Source of the DNA: Bdellovibrionales bacterium
GTDB lineage: Bacteria; Bdellovibrionota; Bdellovibrionia; Bdellovibrionales; Bdellovibrionaceae
NCBI GenBank assembly: GCA_031370005.1
Contig: JANMPT010000110.1
Location: 1-64,000, forward strand
Direction of reading: 5' to 3'
DNA length: 64,000 bases
Under the pieces are notes generated by a model, which was not told the DNA's origin, ran no database searches, and saw only the letters and a program-made list of their open reading frames with translations. A program made the position numbers and the translations under genes. Numbering within the stretch: the stretch's first letter is position 1; each line of letters starts with the position of its first letter. Of the stretch, positions 19,994 through 30,552 are shown one piece after another.

Positions 19994-21192
19994 TGAAAGA
20001 TCAAAATCAAGAAAAATTCTATATTTCCTGCGCCTTGGGCTTTGAAGAGGGCCTTGCTCAGGAAATTCTCCAAGTCTGGCCACTACTGATTGAGATCAAT
20101 GGCCAAGCCAATCAAGCTCCATTGCCCGAGGTAAGTCTTGAAATGGGTGGAGTATATTTAAAAGCACCTTTTGAGATGGGATTACAACTTAATTACTTTC
20201 TCAAAACCGCCCATCGTATTTTATGGCGAGTCACGGAGTTTAAGGTTCGGGATTTTCCAAAGCTCTTTGAAAAAATTCAGAAAATTTCCTGGGCAAACTA
20301 TCTCAATGGCACAAAAATCGAATGGGTAGTTGCGGCCAACAAGTCCCGACTGAACAACGAAAAACGCATCAAAGAAACTTGCGCCGAGGCATTCGCAAAA
20401 ATATCTGCGAAAATCCATGGGACATCGCAGGTGACTCAAGCTGTTTATGTGCGTATTAGCGATGATCTCTGTACTATAAGCCTCGATACGAGTGGCGAGA
20501 ATCTCCACAAGCGGGGTTGGGGGGCGTTGAGGGGTGAGGCGCCACTTCGTGAGACTCTTGCAGCTTTTTTAATCCGAGAAATGGTTGAAGGCGCGAGTCC
20601 TGCAAAAACCCAACAGGTTACGGTCGTAGATCCCATGTGTGGTTCGGGGACGCTTATTTTAGAGGCCGCAAGTCTTTGGCAACCAGTTTTTGATCGAGAA
20701 TTTTCATTTCTTGAGTGGAAAAATACGCCGAAAATCTTTAAAAGTCCTTTGCTGAAAAAAAATTATAAGCTGCTTCAGAAAAGCGCTCCATTCAAAAGTT
20801 ATCTGGGTTATGATATCGAAGAAAAAGCCTTGGCGGCAGCTCGTGAAAATCAAAAAACTTTAGAGTCAAAAACTGAAATTGAAAATCTTAAGATCCGTTT
20901 TGAAATTGAAAATCTCTTTAATGGCGAAAAGAAAAAATTAGGGCCGGTTTGGTGTGTTGCCAACCCCCCCTATGGGGAACGCCTCCGTGTCGAAGGGCAG
21001 GAGACCTTTTCCTATCAAGATTTGTTGGAGAGAATAGCTGATAAATTTTCACCTGAGAGAATTGGCATTTTATTGCCAAACAAGAGTAGCGTAAAAAAAT
21101 TAAAAGCTCCATTGACTCATAAAAAAAGAAAGGAAATTTCATTCAGCAATGGAGGCCTAGAGGTTGTCTATTTAATTTATGCAAAAAAATAG
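19993..21192 (+). CDS. THUMP-domain RNA methyltransferase (RlmL/YpsC-like)
   Basis: SLDTSGENLHKRG, APLRETLAA, DPMCGSGT, NPPYGER; TGATG overlap with upstream gene. Confidence 0.92.
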   Translation: MKDQNQEKFYISCALGFEEGLAQEILQVWPLLIEINGQANQAPLPEVSLEMGGVYLKAPFEMGLQLNYFLKTAHRILWRVTEFKVRDFPKLFEKIQKISWANYLNGTKIEWVVAANKSRLNNEKRIKETCAEAFAKISAKIHGTSQVTQAVYVRISDDLCTISLDTSGENLHKRGWGALRGEAPLRETLAAFLIREMVEGASPAKTQQVTVVDPMCGSGTLILEAASLWQPVFDREFSFLEWKNTPKIFKSPLLKKNYKLLQKSAPFKSYLGYDIEEKALAAARENQKTLESKTEIENLKIRFEIENLFNGEKKKLGPVWCVANPPYGERLRVEGQETFSYQDLLERIADKFSPERIGILLPNKSSVKKLKAPLTHKKRKEISFSNGGLEVVYLIYAKK

Positions 21193-21193
21193 A

Positions 21194-21814
21194 CTATTTA
21201 TCGCCTCGAAGCTCGGCCAACTTTAGCCAAGCTGGGCGAGATTTTATCTCAGCGAACCAGGATTTGATGTTTGGGTATTTGCTAAGATCTAATTTTAGGT
21301 TCATCGCAAGGTTTACTGAGGAACCAATCATAATATCCGCTACAGAATAAACATTCCCAACTAGGTATTTTTTATTGGCTAATTCTCCCTCAAGGATATC
21401 AAGTAATATCGGCACATGTTGTTCGCGACGCGTAAGCAAGGCTAAGTCGCGTTTATCATCTGGAACAAAAAGTTTTTGAATTAAAATATCCACTAAAGGT
21501 GGCTGCATTTCTGTCATGGACCAGTAGGACCACTGATTTACCAGGGCTTTATCCTGAATTGTCGCGCCCAGCATGCTTGGCATATATTTATCAGCAATAT
21601 AGTGAACGATGGCGGCGGATTCCCAAAGAATAAAGCCATCGTCAACTAAGCAGGGAACCTTCCCATTGGGATTGAGCTTTAGATACTGCTCGGACTTGTG
21701 TTCTTTTTTACCCATCATATCTAGTGGCATCACTTCATAAGAAAGTCCGCACTCTTCAAGAATAAGAAAGCAGCGACTTGCGCTGCTTTTTGGTGAGCCA
21801 TAAATTTGAATCAT
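21194..21814 (-). CDS. glutathione S-transferase
   Basis: LNPNGKVPCL, LWESAAI, YSVADI; start reassigned to MIQIYG. Confidence 0.93.
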   Translation of the reverse strand: MIQIYGSPKSSASRCFLILEECGLSYEVMPLDMMGKKEHKSEQYLKLNPNGKVPCLVDDGFILWESAAIVHYIADKYMPSMLGATIQDKALVNQWSYWSMTEMQPPLVDILIQKLFVPDDKRDLALLTRREQHVPILLDILEGELANKKYLVGNVYSVADIMIGSSVNLAMNLKLDLSKYPNIKSWFAEIKSRPAWLKLAELRGDK

Positions 21815-21822
21815 AATGCCCT

Positions 21823-23013
21823 CTACGGTGGAGCCCCTTGGTCCACCCAAGCTACTATAATATCGCGCTGTGCTTGTGGTAGCAAGCCGCCGGTCGGCAT
21901 TGGATTATTTGCATTTGTGACCCGGCTTTTTATATTTACTGCAGCATTTTTTGCAGCAGTGTAGTTTGTTAAATCAAGTCCTCCTCTGGCATTTCCTCCA
22001 TTGTGACAGCTAAAACAGCTATTCGCAAAGATACCACCATTTGCTGCAAGCTGAGCGTACTTGACTGCCCCCACAGGTGTTGGAGCAGGGGTTGGGGCAG
22101 GGGTTGTGGCTGGATTGACCCCTGTGCCTGGGTTTGGATTTCCATTGGCGGATTTTAGGCTTGAAAACTCCATAGCTATTGTGTCTGTACTTGCAGGAGT
22201 GAGGACGGCATAGGCATTGGCGGAAGCAGGGGCAAGGTTGACATCTGTTATTGCCGAAATAGTGACATCAATATTACTGTAGGTGGTCACTTCGCTTTGG
22301 AGCTGACCATTGATATAAATATTTAAAGCTCTAGCAAGATAATTGCCAGCGGCGGCAGTTTTTAAACGCAGAGTTGGGTTTCTAAATTCATAACCTTGAG
22401 TAACAGTATTAAGAACGGCTTTACGAATATCGATGCCCGCTACCAATGGCACTTGACCGTTACTTTGAGTTTCGAGATCCCATTCCATGCGTACAAAAGT
22501 CGTCGCCAGGTTAGCATCCACTGTTTTTACGCTGCTTCTAACGATGAAGCCTGATGGGATGCCGCCTCCAGTGGCAGAGACGCAGGTTGCATATTCAGTT
22601 TGAGCAGTACTCCAATAGGATTTCAGTTCATTTATACGGGGAATATTTTGCGAGCCCGTGTAGGGTGGTTTGTGATTATCATTTATGGCCTGACTACTGA
22701 TTTTATCAACGCCAATAGAGGCAAAAGAAGAATAAGAAGCTTTCAAGTCTGAGCTAGCAAAGGTTCCGATCCCCGGGCCGTTCACATGGCAGCTGTTACA
22801 GGTTTGAGTCACAAAAGGGTGAAAGGTGCTTTCATAAACTTTTAATAAACTATCTTCACATGTCTGCCCAGGTGCACGGGAAAATAAAACAGAACTGCCA
22901 CTGCCACCGAGTTGTTGGATAAAGAAGCCTTCGCCGCAATTGTTAAATGCCAACGTGAGGATCAGTCCTCCGAGTGCCCAATAGATATATTTTAAGCGCA
23001 GTATTTTATCCAA
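21823..23013 (-). CDS. di-heme cytochrome c lipoprotein
   Basis: FNNC lipobox; CNSCH and CFSCH; TPAP linker; C-terminal GGLDL...MP...WVDQGA cytochrome domain. Confidence 0.85.
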   Translation of the reverse strand: MDKILRLKYIYWALGGLILTLAFNNCGEGFFIQQLGGSGSSVLFSRAPGQTCEDSLLKVYESTFHPFVTQTCNSCHVNGPGIGTFASSDLKASYSSFASIGVDKISSQAINDNHKPPYTGSQNIPRINELKSYWSTAQTEYATCVSATGGGIPSGFIVRSSVKTVDANLATTFVRMEWDLETQSNGQVPLVAGIDIRKAVLNTVTQGYEFRNPTLRLKTAAAGNYLARALNIYINGQLQSEVTTYSNIDVTISAITDVNLAPASANAYAVLTPASTDTIAMEFSSLKSANGNPNPGTGVNPATTPAPTPAPTPVGAVKYAQLAANGGIFANSCFSCHNGGNARGGLDLTNYTAAKNAAVNIKSRVTNANNPMPTGGLLPQAQRDIIVAWVDQGAPP

Positions 23014-23060
23014 ACCGTCCCCCCATATTTTACGTTCAGCGAAGCCTTTATGAAGTGTTT

Positions 23061-24485
23061 TTAGGCTACTTTAATAACTTGAGAAAGCTGATCTGTGCTT
23101 AAAATACGACCGGCCACTTTTGCAAATAAATCATTGCGTTTATTTGCCTGGCACCAGTTTGCAAACACTGCTGCGGCAGCAAGCTCTGGATTGCCGCCTG
23201 TGATAAAGCTTGTATCAGCTGCCTGATTATCATTGAACTGGCCGATTTGGTAATCGCTAGTTGCTGGACGACCTTTTGGATCGTAGTAGAGCACATAAGC
23301 CACGCCATTAGAGCCTCGATCACCCGCCCATCCAGCAGTTCTACTTTGCGAGTCCTGACTAAACACTGAACCATCAGAAACTACATAGACGAAAACTGGT
23401 TTTTGCAAAACGGCAGCACTTTGTAAAATGCGGCCAATAACTGTTCCTGCATCTAGATCTTTGGTGTCACCAGAGGTGCGGGTATTATCATGATAATCAT
23501 ATCCGCCAAGATCAAGGTTTGAAGAACCTGCCTGACCGATAAGGGAGTTATAAACCATGGCACCGAAAATTAGCTCTCGATTTGTCACTGCTGTATTAGT
23601 GTTCACTCCCCAAATCTGAGAGAAGTTTGCATTCTGACGAGGATCGACGCTAGAGGCCCCTTTAGCAACCACATCGACATTTTTGATTCCCGCGCAATCC
23701 AAAACGTTTTTAATACCATCGGTTCCTTGGATTGATGCAAGTTTACGAGTTTGGCTGGTGTTAAGATCACTCATTAGTTTTGCCAAAGAGTTTTTCTGAG
23801 TCGTATTTAGCGCAGTTCCAAGAGCTGCGCCGTAGCCAATGGCAGTTAAAAGCGCCGTGTAATTACTCACGACTAGTGGTGAAGGAGGAGCCACTATTGC
23901 GGCAGCTTGCTTAAGGCCTGTCCCATTATTTACACGCCCCAAGTTAGGAAAATTAGTCCCAATGAGGCCGGCCCTTGTGACGGCCCCAGAGATATCAAAC
24001 TTATTAGAGCTTGTATCATTCTGTGAGTCGCAAGGAATGGCTATAAAGGCTGTATTAGCTAAAGTTGCAGCGTTTGCTTGGGCACGAATACCAGTCAGAA
24101 ATTTACTAATGAGTACGCCATTATTGATGCCAGCAAATGGAACATTCCCAAATTCTTTTTCTATAGGGACCTGATTGTCGCCCAGGCCTAATTTACTGTA
24201 ACTTGAAATTGGCTCACGTTTGGCATTCATTGGTACGAAATTACTCGCCATCGCAGCGCCACCTGACAGATTTACAGTCACAAATGGAATTAGGGAATCA
24301 GGAAGAGGGCAGCTTATTGCTGTCTGTGCATTGGCCTGAGGGCCTAACAGCAAAGACACCCAATTCGGAACAATCATACTGGCCGCAAAGGGAAGCAAGC
24401 CAGCAGAGAGGAAGTCTCGACGGGTAACCGGTTTTGCATGCCCAGTTTTAGCCCACATAGGAATTTCTTTTTTATTTTTGCTCAT
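23061..24485 (-). CDS. Tat-exported hypothetical protein (DUF1501/DUF1552-like)
   Basis: TRRDFL twin-arginine signal, LSGGA, GGYDYHD, SDGS. Confidence 0.75.
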   Translation of the reverse strand: MSKNKKEIPMWAKTGHAKPVTRRDFLSAGLLPFAASMIVPNWVSLLLGPQANAQTAISCPLPDSLIPFVTVNLSGGAAMASNFVPMNAKREPISSYSKLGLGDNQVPIEKEFGNVPFAGINNGVLISKFLTGIRAQANAATLANTAFIAIPCDSQNDTSSNKFDISGAVTRAGLIGTNFPNLGRVNNGTGLKQAAAIVAPPSPLVVSNYTALLTAIGYGAALGTALNTTQKNSLAKLMSDLNTSQTRKLASIQGTDGIKNVLDCAGIKNVDVVAKGASSVDPRQNANFSQIWGVNTNTAVTNRELIFGAMVYNSLIGQAGSSNLDLGGYDYHDNTRTSGDTKDLDAGTVIGRILQSAAVLQKPVFVYVVSDGSVFSQDSQSRTAGWAGDRGSNGVAYVLYYDPKGRPATSDYQIGQFNDNQAADTSFITGGNPELAAAAVFANWCQANKRNDLFAKVAGRILSTDQLSQVIKVA

Positions 24486-24535
24486 CTTCTCCCCCAGAGA
24501 AAATAATTAAGATATTAAAAACGCAAACTTAATAC

Positions 24536-25207
24536 TTAGTACGAAATTGCATCCACACTTGAAAGTATTGCCGCGCAAGAGGCGAGCATTAAGTTACTAG
24601 TGGATGCTGCCTGCGTTCGTGTTGTTTCATCAAGTGCACTGATGAAATCCGTTTTGTATTGCTGAATCAGAGCCAGTTCCTCTGTGGTTTCATTACGGCC
24701 CCAAAATGAACGAGCCATCCCACGAACACTTGTGTTGAAACTGGTATCAGTCACGCTGGTAGCTCCTGATGCGAAGTTAATGCTTCCAAAGAAGTTGCGT
24801 GCTGCCGGATCCATTACCCCTTTTTCCTGCGTTAAAAGGTTGTTACAAACCTCGCCCGCAAGACTGGTCGTGCCCAAAAACAATGGGCCATTTGCCATAC
24901 TAAGATCATTGCCCGCTGCCAAGGAGCCATAACGAACGTTGTATTCACTTAATAGAGTGTTGCTGATCGTGGTGACGTTTGTCACCTTCATCATTGAAGT
25001 GAGCGTCTGCTCTGCAGAAAGAAGAGCATAAGGAAGCCCAAGCTTCTGAGAGCTCAGCGAACCGCTATCTGTATTTCCCAGCGAAGCACTGTCAGTGCTT
25101 GCGGAGTCATTGAGTTGGTTATATCGGGCACAGTTGTTAAAACCAAATACTGCTAAGCCCATAAGCGGCACAAAAAGTAGAGTCATTTTTATATATTTAT
25201 TCATCAT
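24536..25207 (-). CDS. hypothetical lipoprotein (helical, PSD/DUF1595-like)
   Basis: FNNC lipobox; FWGR.T.EE and C..ILSS patterns. Confidence 0.7.
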   Translation of the reverse strand: MMNKYIKMTLLFVPLMGLAVFGFNNCARYNQLNDSASTDSASLGNTDSGSLSSQKLGLPYALLSAEQTLTSMMKVTNVTTISNTLLSEYNVRYGSLAAGNDLSMANGPLFLGTTSLAGEVCNNLLTQEKGVMDPAARNFFGSINFASGATSVTDTSFNTSVRGMARSFWGRNETTEELALIQQYKTDFISALDETTRTQAASTSNLMLASCAAILSSVDAISY

Positions 25208-25217
25208 AAGCGCCTCC

Positions 25218-26486
25218 CTAGCTTCCCAAGCATTCTGTTTTAGTTGCTACAGACTCAAAAAGTTTTTTCAATTGATAACCCGACGCTTCGAACTCATCGC
25301 CCCACTGTTTGAGTTTGTCTCTGTTTTCAATAGGGTCAATGTCTTTGCGGCAAACAGCTTGGAACACACGCTTGGCCATGCACTGACTGAAACGGCGAGA
25401 GTTTGCCACCACAGTGCCAAAGCCTTTAACACCATTTCCACCAGCTGAATTCCCACGCCATTCAAACATAGAGGCATTATTTGGGCGGATAGCATTATTG
25501 ACGAACGAATCATCTGTCATAATATAGCCAGAGGGAAAAATGGTATTGTTCTTATTCATCTTTGTCACAACACCATTAGTGTCTGATGCGATGGTAAATT
25601 TTCCACCTCCACCACGAGCATTTACTGCGGAGTGCTTAATACCCATACCATCGAAATCCCACTTTGCAAAAGCGCCACGGAACCCATCCATAACAGTGTG
25701 ACAACCTTTGCAGGAAGTGAGGAACTTCATATGGTCCCCTGCAGGGAAACGGTCAATGTCACGACCAATGCGAGCATCAGAGGCTCCCGTATCTGCCCAT
25801 TCGTTTAGAGGTACGCACATAAATTCACGAAAAGTATACTCAAGTAATCGACGATTGGTACCCATCAAGGCATGGGCACCCATAAAGGCTCTCGAAGTCA
25901 GAATGCCTGCTGGGTCCGGATTCGGGGCTGAAGTCGTCGCGCTACTTGCGATCATTTGACCTTCCACGCGCACCAAATTTGCGGCTAAGTTTATATGTTT
26001 AGTATCAAGATCGTCATAGTGATTATTCGAAAGCAAAAGGTCAGGAATAAGATCAGAGCGCACCCCGGTGCCACTTCCCATATAATAGAAGTTGCCAGTG
26101 AGCAGTTCGCGGGCGTCCCTTGCATCACGAGTGACTCCAATAAAACCTGCCACCATATCGTTGAGTGGGGTTTTGATTGTTTCATCACGAGTTGACATCT
26201 CTAGGGCCATTAACTTTACAGTGATATTGTAAAAGTTAGGATCTGCTGTAGCGATTTGAGACGCGCCGACAAGGTCTCCTTTATTTAAAAGATCCACCAT
26301 TTGCGCAATGAGAGGGCTATCTACCGGCAACTTTGTACCAGTTAAACGCTCATATATTTTGCGCGCTTTTTGTTCAATAGCGGATGGATCTCCCGCCATT
26401 ATATTTGGCTTCACCTGCCCATGGGCAGACGGTACAAAAGCACCTGCTACTATTATTGGTAATAAAGAATAGACGATGAACTTCAT
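25218..26486 (-). CDS. exported mono-heme cytochrome c-like protein (DUF1588/DUF1585-like)
   Basis: Signal peptide (AHG), PAGILTSR, TNRR, CKGCH..MD, FSQCMAKRVF, LKKLF. Confidence 0.78.
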   Translation of the reverse strand: MKFIVYSLLPIIVAGAFVPSAHGQVKPNIMAGDPSAIEQKARKIYERLTGTKLPVDSPLIAQMVDLLNKGDLVGASQIATADPNFYNITVKLMALEMSTRDETIKTPLNDMVAGFIGVTRDARDARELLTGNFYYMGSGTGVRSDLIPDLLLSNNHYDDLDTKHINLAANLVRVEGQMIASSATTSAPNPDPAGILTSRAFMGAHALMGTNRRLLEYTFREFMCVPLNEWADTGASDARIGRDIDRFPAGDHMKFLTSCKGCHTVMDGFRGAFAKWDFDGMGIKHSAVNARGGGGKFTIASDTNGVVTKMNKNNTIFPSGYIMTDDSFVNNAIRPNNASMFEWRGNSAGGNGVKGFGTVVANSRRFSQCMAKRVFQAVCRKDIDPIENRDKLKQWGDEFEASGYQLKKLFESVATKTECLGS

Positions 26487-26870
26487 TCCCCCCCCTGGTC
26501 ATCTGAACTAAATATCATTCTGAGCTAAGCTCATTTTATTAACAATAAAAACAAATAGTTGTTCTCACATTGGGAACGGTATTTTTATACTGTCTAGGGA
26601 GTTCTTAACACTCGTCTAAAGTGTGGTCGGTCTGCAAAGGGTTTTTGCCACTCTAGAGTATTTCAGAATAGGGGCACAGGGTTGGGGCCAGACAAAGGAA
26701 GTGCCGCTTGAGACACTGCTCGAGACAGTTTTTTTTCTTTTCAGACGTAGTAATTTCTTCATAGATGCTAGGGGGAAAGCCTTTCGTTAGCGTCTAGCCC
26801 AAGTTTTATTAGGAATTGGTTGGTTTTAAACCAGTTCATTGCGTCTGGACGCTTTTTATGACATAAGTTC

Positions 26871-27770
26871 ATGAACTTTTTAGGTGGAGGCCTCATGCTT
26901 TTTTGGCGTTTTCTTTTGATCACTGTGTTGTTCACTGCCTTAAAGGCAAACGCACAGGAGGGGACCGCCGGCATTAGTGTGATGGAGACAAATCCCAGAA
27001 CCGAGGGCGCAACAAGCTGGGGTGTTTCATTTTATAGTCTTGGTGCCGTTGCTCAACAGCAAATTGAAAGAGGCGGGGCCTCTTATTTTACTTACAATTA
27101 TATTGGCTTGAACTACAAACTATCTAATACCAGGCGCTTTGCTATTCGACCGGTGTTCAATTATATCTCCGCTGGTAAGGATAAGTATAATAAGGATATA
27201 AAGTCTGATGTTAGTCTTGGGGATTTGCATATTGTGTATGCGGATTATGAAATAGCGACACTTGGTCAGGCCAAAGTTTCTACGGGTTTTAAGTTCTATT
27301 TTCCAACGAGCGATAGTTCTCAAAGTTCAGGCATGATCGTGAAGTTCCGACCTGAAACTTTCATTTCCACGGACGTGGGACGTTTTGATTCAATTACCTA
27401 TGTTTTGAAGCCAGATATTTACTTTCAGTCTCGTGCCTCAAATTTAGATGCATTTAAAAATGATAAAACCACCCAGGTGGCCGGCCTTGAGCATTACGTA
27501 GAGTATAATAGAAGTTTCAATAAAATGTTTTCATTGAAACCTTCCATAGGTTTTATTGAATCTTGGTACAATCCCTCGACAGACCCAAAAGCTAATAGTC
27601 ATAGAACAGAAGCAAAAGTTGCTTTAGGCCTAGACATCCGTGCAATGAAAGGCCTTAGCTTTGCCTTATGTGCTGAGAATAAATTTCCCGTTACAGATCG
27701 TAAAGAAGCAGTGTCATTCTTCCGTCCGGAGGACAATGGCCTTGTGTTTATCACGAACGCTTCATTGTAA
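26871..27770 (+). CDS. hypothetical outer-membrane beta-barrel protein
   Basis: Signal peptide (ANA), alternating aromatic beta strands; start may be 26896-26898. Confidence 0.7.
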   Translation: MNFLGGGLMLFWRFLLITVLFTALKANAQEGTAGISVMETNPRTEGATSWGVSFYSLGAVAQQQIERGGASYFTYNYIGLNYKLSNTRRFAIRPVFNYISAGKDKYNKDIKSDVSLGDLHIVYADYEIATLGQAKVSTGFKFYFPTSDSSQSSGMIVKFRPETFISTDVGRFDSITYVLKPDIYFQSRASNLDAFKNDKTTQVAGLEHYVEYNRSFNKMFSLKPSIGFIESWYNPSTDPKANSHRTEAKVALGLDIRAMKGLSFALCAENKFPVTDRKEAVSFFRPEDNGLVFITNASL

Positions 27771-28680
27771 AATTGAAAGTTAAAAATTTAAGGCTTTCTG
27801 CTTCGAGATCAATGATCTCGTTGCTATATTTTTTTGGAGCCCCATACATGGTATCTCCGCAAATAGGAGCCCCCATGGCGGAGAGTTGAGCACGGATTTG
27901 ATGGGTCCGTCCAGTCAACAGATCCACATGAACTTCCTGTTCATTTTTATCTGTAAAATCCTGAATATCAAATAGACGAAGTTTGCACTCTTGCCAGTGG
28001 AGCTGAGGCTGTTGACTGAGCTTTTTGGGGGCGCGAGGTGACGGCTCCATATAGTGAGTGTAAAGCCCATCTTTGAGCTTAAGGCCGCAAGCACGTGCTC
28101 GGTATGTTTTCTGCACGGCCCCCTTTGCGAGCAGGTGATTGAAGAAGGATAAGAAATTTTTATTTTTTGCTATGACTAGAAGCCCACAAGTGGGAACGTC
28201 TAAGCGATGGGTCACAAAGAGTTCCACTTGCAAATGAGTTGATAAGTATTTGTGCAGGTTTTCCAGACGGTTATCGACGCTGGCATGAACAGGAAGCCCT
28301 GCAGGTTTATTCACCACTAAGAAGTTTTCATCTTGAAAGACGATGCGCTCATCCCAGGTATAAGTATTGTCAGGGAAGCGACGAGGCCTGCTGTGTACAC
28401 GAATGTAGGCGCCCTCAGCGATTTCACAATTTTCGCAAACTCGTTGTCCATTGAGATAGATGCTGCCTAAATTTAGAAGTAGGGCCAAGTTTTCTGCTGA
28501 AAACTTAAGCTCGCTTATTAAAATTTCATTTAATAAGCCCGACTTTGGGCTGAGGATGTGTTTAACACCATACTCAAACCCATTATGATATTGATTCGCG
28601 TCTTTGTTATTGCTCTGCATGGCCTTTTGTTGTGATAGCACAGCGTGACGATTATATTCAAGTGGTGCAATAGGGATCAT
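27751..28680 (-). CDS. RluA-family RNA pseudouridine synthase
   Basis: VNKPAGLPVH, HRLD, TGRTHQIR, GDTMYG; true start probably downstream of 28680. Confidence 0.93.
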   Translation of the reverse strand: MIPIAPLEYNRHAVLSQQKAMQSNNKDANQYHNGFEYGVKHILSPKSGLLNEILISELKFSAENLALLLNLGSIYLNGQRVCENCEIAEGAYIRVHSRPRRFPDNTYTWDERIVFQDENFLVVNKPAGLPVHASVDNRLENLHKYLSTHLQVELFVTHRLDVPTCGLLVIAKNKNFLSFFNHLLAKGAVQKTYRARACGLKLKDGLYTHYMEPSPRAPKKLSQQPQLHWQECKLRLFDIQDFTDKNEQEVHVDLLTGRTHQIRAQLSAMGAPICGDTMYGAPKKYSNEIIDLEAESLKFLTFNFTMKRS

Positions 28681-28705
28681 ATTAGAATTTACAGGAGCAC
28701 TAGTT

Positions 28706-29380
28706 TTGAGTATTTTCCAAGAGCCTATATTCCAGTGGTTATCTCAGTATGCGTATCAACCTGAACTCGTTTATTCTGCTCTTGTTGGCATGATGATGTT
28801 GTCCGCTATTGGCTTGCCGATTCCTGAGGAAGTGACCCTTGTGAGTATTGGCGTTCTTGTCTTTATGGGCCAAAATCCCCAACACTTTCCTCCACCCTAT
28901 GAGGGTGCCCCGGTCATAAATATGCATACAGCGGCCATTGTGGCTGTAATAGCTGTTTTTGGCGCTGATTTTTTAATTTATATGATAGGGCGGATGTGGG
29001 GCCGTAAGGTTTTGCAAAAGCCATATATGCAAAAGATTATTCCTCCTGAAATGATGCTTAAAGTAGAGGCATGGACAAAAAAATACGGAGCTTATGCATG
29101 TGGCATTTTTCGTTTCACTCCGGGGATTCGTTTTCCTGGACACTTAGCCTATGGAATGATGCATTTCCCTATTTGGAAATTCGCTCTGATTGATGGCATT
29201 GCGGTGTTAATCAGTGTGCCAACGCAAATTTATTTACTTGCTGTTTATGGAGAGCCTATTATCAAACGTTTACACCAGTTCAAGATGGTCCTTGCGGGAG
29301 TCCTCGGTGTTTTTCTGATTGCCTTCCTTGCAAGGAAAATAAAAAATCACTACATCAAAGAAGAGCAGAAAAGCCATTAG
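28706..29380 (+). CDS. DedA family membrane protein
   Basis: GLPIPEE, AD...YMIGR, RFTPGIR. Confidence 0.92.
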   Translation: MSIFQEPIFQWLSQYAYQPELVYSALVGMMMLSAIGLPIPEEVTLVSIGVLVFMGQNPQHFPPPYEGAPVINMHTAAIVAVIAVFGADFLIYMIGRMWGRKVLQKPYMQKIIPPEMMLKVEAWTKKYGAYACGIFRFTPGIRFPGHLAYGMMHFPIWKFALIDGIAVLISVPTQIYLLAVYGEPIIKRLHQFKMVLAGVLGVFLIAFLARKIKNHYIKEEQKSH

Positions 29381-29399
29381 CATTTAAACGCAGGCTCGC

Positions 29400-30464
29400 T
29401 TAAGCAGCATGGGGGTCGCCGAAGACATCTTCGCTGTTGATTTGACAACAAATACTGAGGTTGGCGGGCATGAAGGTTTGCTTCTTAGCTATATCAGGCC
29501 AGAAGATTTTTTCATAACCATATTCCAGGCCGAAAAGTTCTTCACGGATTTTGAAAAGAACTCCTGCTTCAGAACCCAAAAGCCAGTCCGTTTGCACCAT
29601 ATAAAGGGCTTCTTCGAGTTCGGAGTGATTTAATGAGCTTAGAAATGATTTTGGAAGTTGTTCGACTAGGAAATAGGCGTTGTGTATGTATTGCTCAAAA
29701 GCCTTTTGCATCGGAGAAATAAAAAGCTTATCAACAAGCGCAGTATCATTTTTATGAGCAAATGGCTGACTAAGTCGTTTGAAGTTCAAATACAATAAGG
29801 CATCGTGCACAACATAATCGGGTTTATGTAAGTAATCTGAGATTGCATCTACTTTTACGGCCTCAAAGGTTGGATCTTGCATATGAGCATTGTAATCAAG
29901 AGCGATCAATGAGCGTAAATGGAAGAGGCATGAGAACAATTGTAAGAGCTTTTCATTTAGACTTTTTGAAAAACTTAGGCCAAAGTTATAGATCAAGTGT
30001 TTGCCAGATTTATTTTCGAAGTGAGCTACCGCATCGTTGATTGCATAAAGCTCTTTAAGATCTAATCCCCAAGGTTTTTGTGCGTTGATGATAATTTCGG
30101 AGAGAGATTTTTCTAATGAATTCAAAAGCATGGGATCTGCTTTTGGCGCTTGTTCCTTCAAAGAGTTGACACGGGCAGCAGTTCGGCTAAAAAGCTCGAA
30201 GTGGGGGTCAAGAGCACGCCAAGCCTCCGCACAGAAATTAAAATCCATATTCGGACTCATGAGTGGACTTCTTAAGAAATCGTTCATTTTGAAGGCTGAT
30301 AGGCCGACCAAGGCGTCGGCCATATATTTGAATGGAGTCGTATGTGTCCATTTGGCATGATTTACTGGGTTTTTCCAGAATTCAAGGGCGACTGGCTTAG
30401 CGACAGGGCCTTGTTCAACAATGACTTCATAACCAATTTGAATTTTATCTTTTTTCATTTTCAC
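29400..30464 (-). CDS. hypothetical cytoplasmic protein
   Basis: 354-aa ORF with GGAG upstream of an internal start; no family recognised. Confidence 0.75.
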   Translation of the reverse strand: MKMKKDKIQIGYEVIVEQGPVAKPVALEFWKNPVNHAKWTHTTPFKYMADALVGLSAFKMNDFLRSPLMSPNMDFNFCAEAWRALDPHFELFSRTAARVNSLKEQAPKADPMLLNSLEKSLSEIIINAQKPWGLDLKELYAINDAVAHFENKSGKHLIYNFGLSFSKSLNEKLLQLFSCLFHLRSLIALDYNAHMQDPTFEAVKVDAISDYLHKPDYVVHDALLYLNFKRLSQPFAHKNDTALVDKLFISPMQKAFEQYIHNAYFLVEQLPKSFLSSLNHSELEEALYMVQTDWLLGSEAGVLFKIREELFGLEYGYEKIFWPDIAKKQTFMPANLSICCQINSEDVFGDPHAA

Positions 30465-30552
30465 TCCATGAAAATAAATATAAATACATATCTCTCGTTA
30501 TCGGTAGCTTCTGAAATTGTGAGAGTCGGGTTTTTATGCAATATTTAAAACT

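Noticed and set aside
22075..22145. Short repeats in the cytochrome gene (TPAP) and Gly repeats at 35220-35265
   Set aside because: Ordinary low-complexity protein linkers/tails
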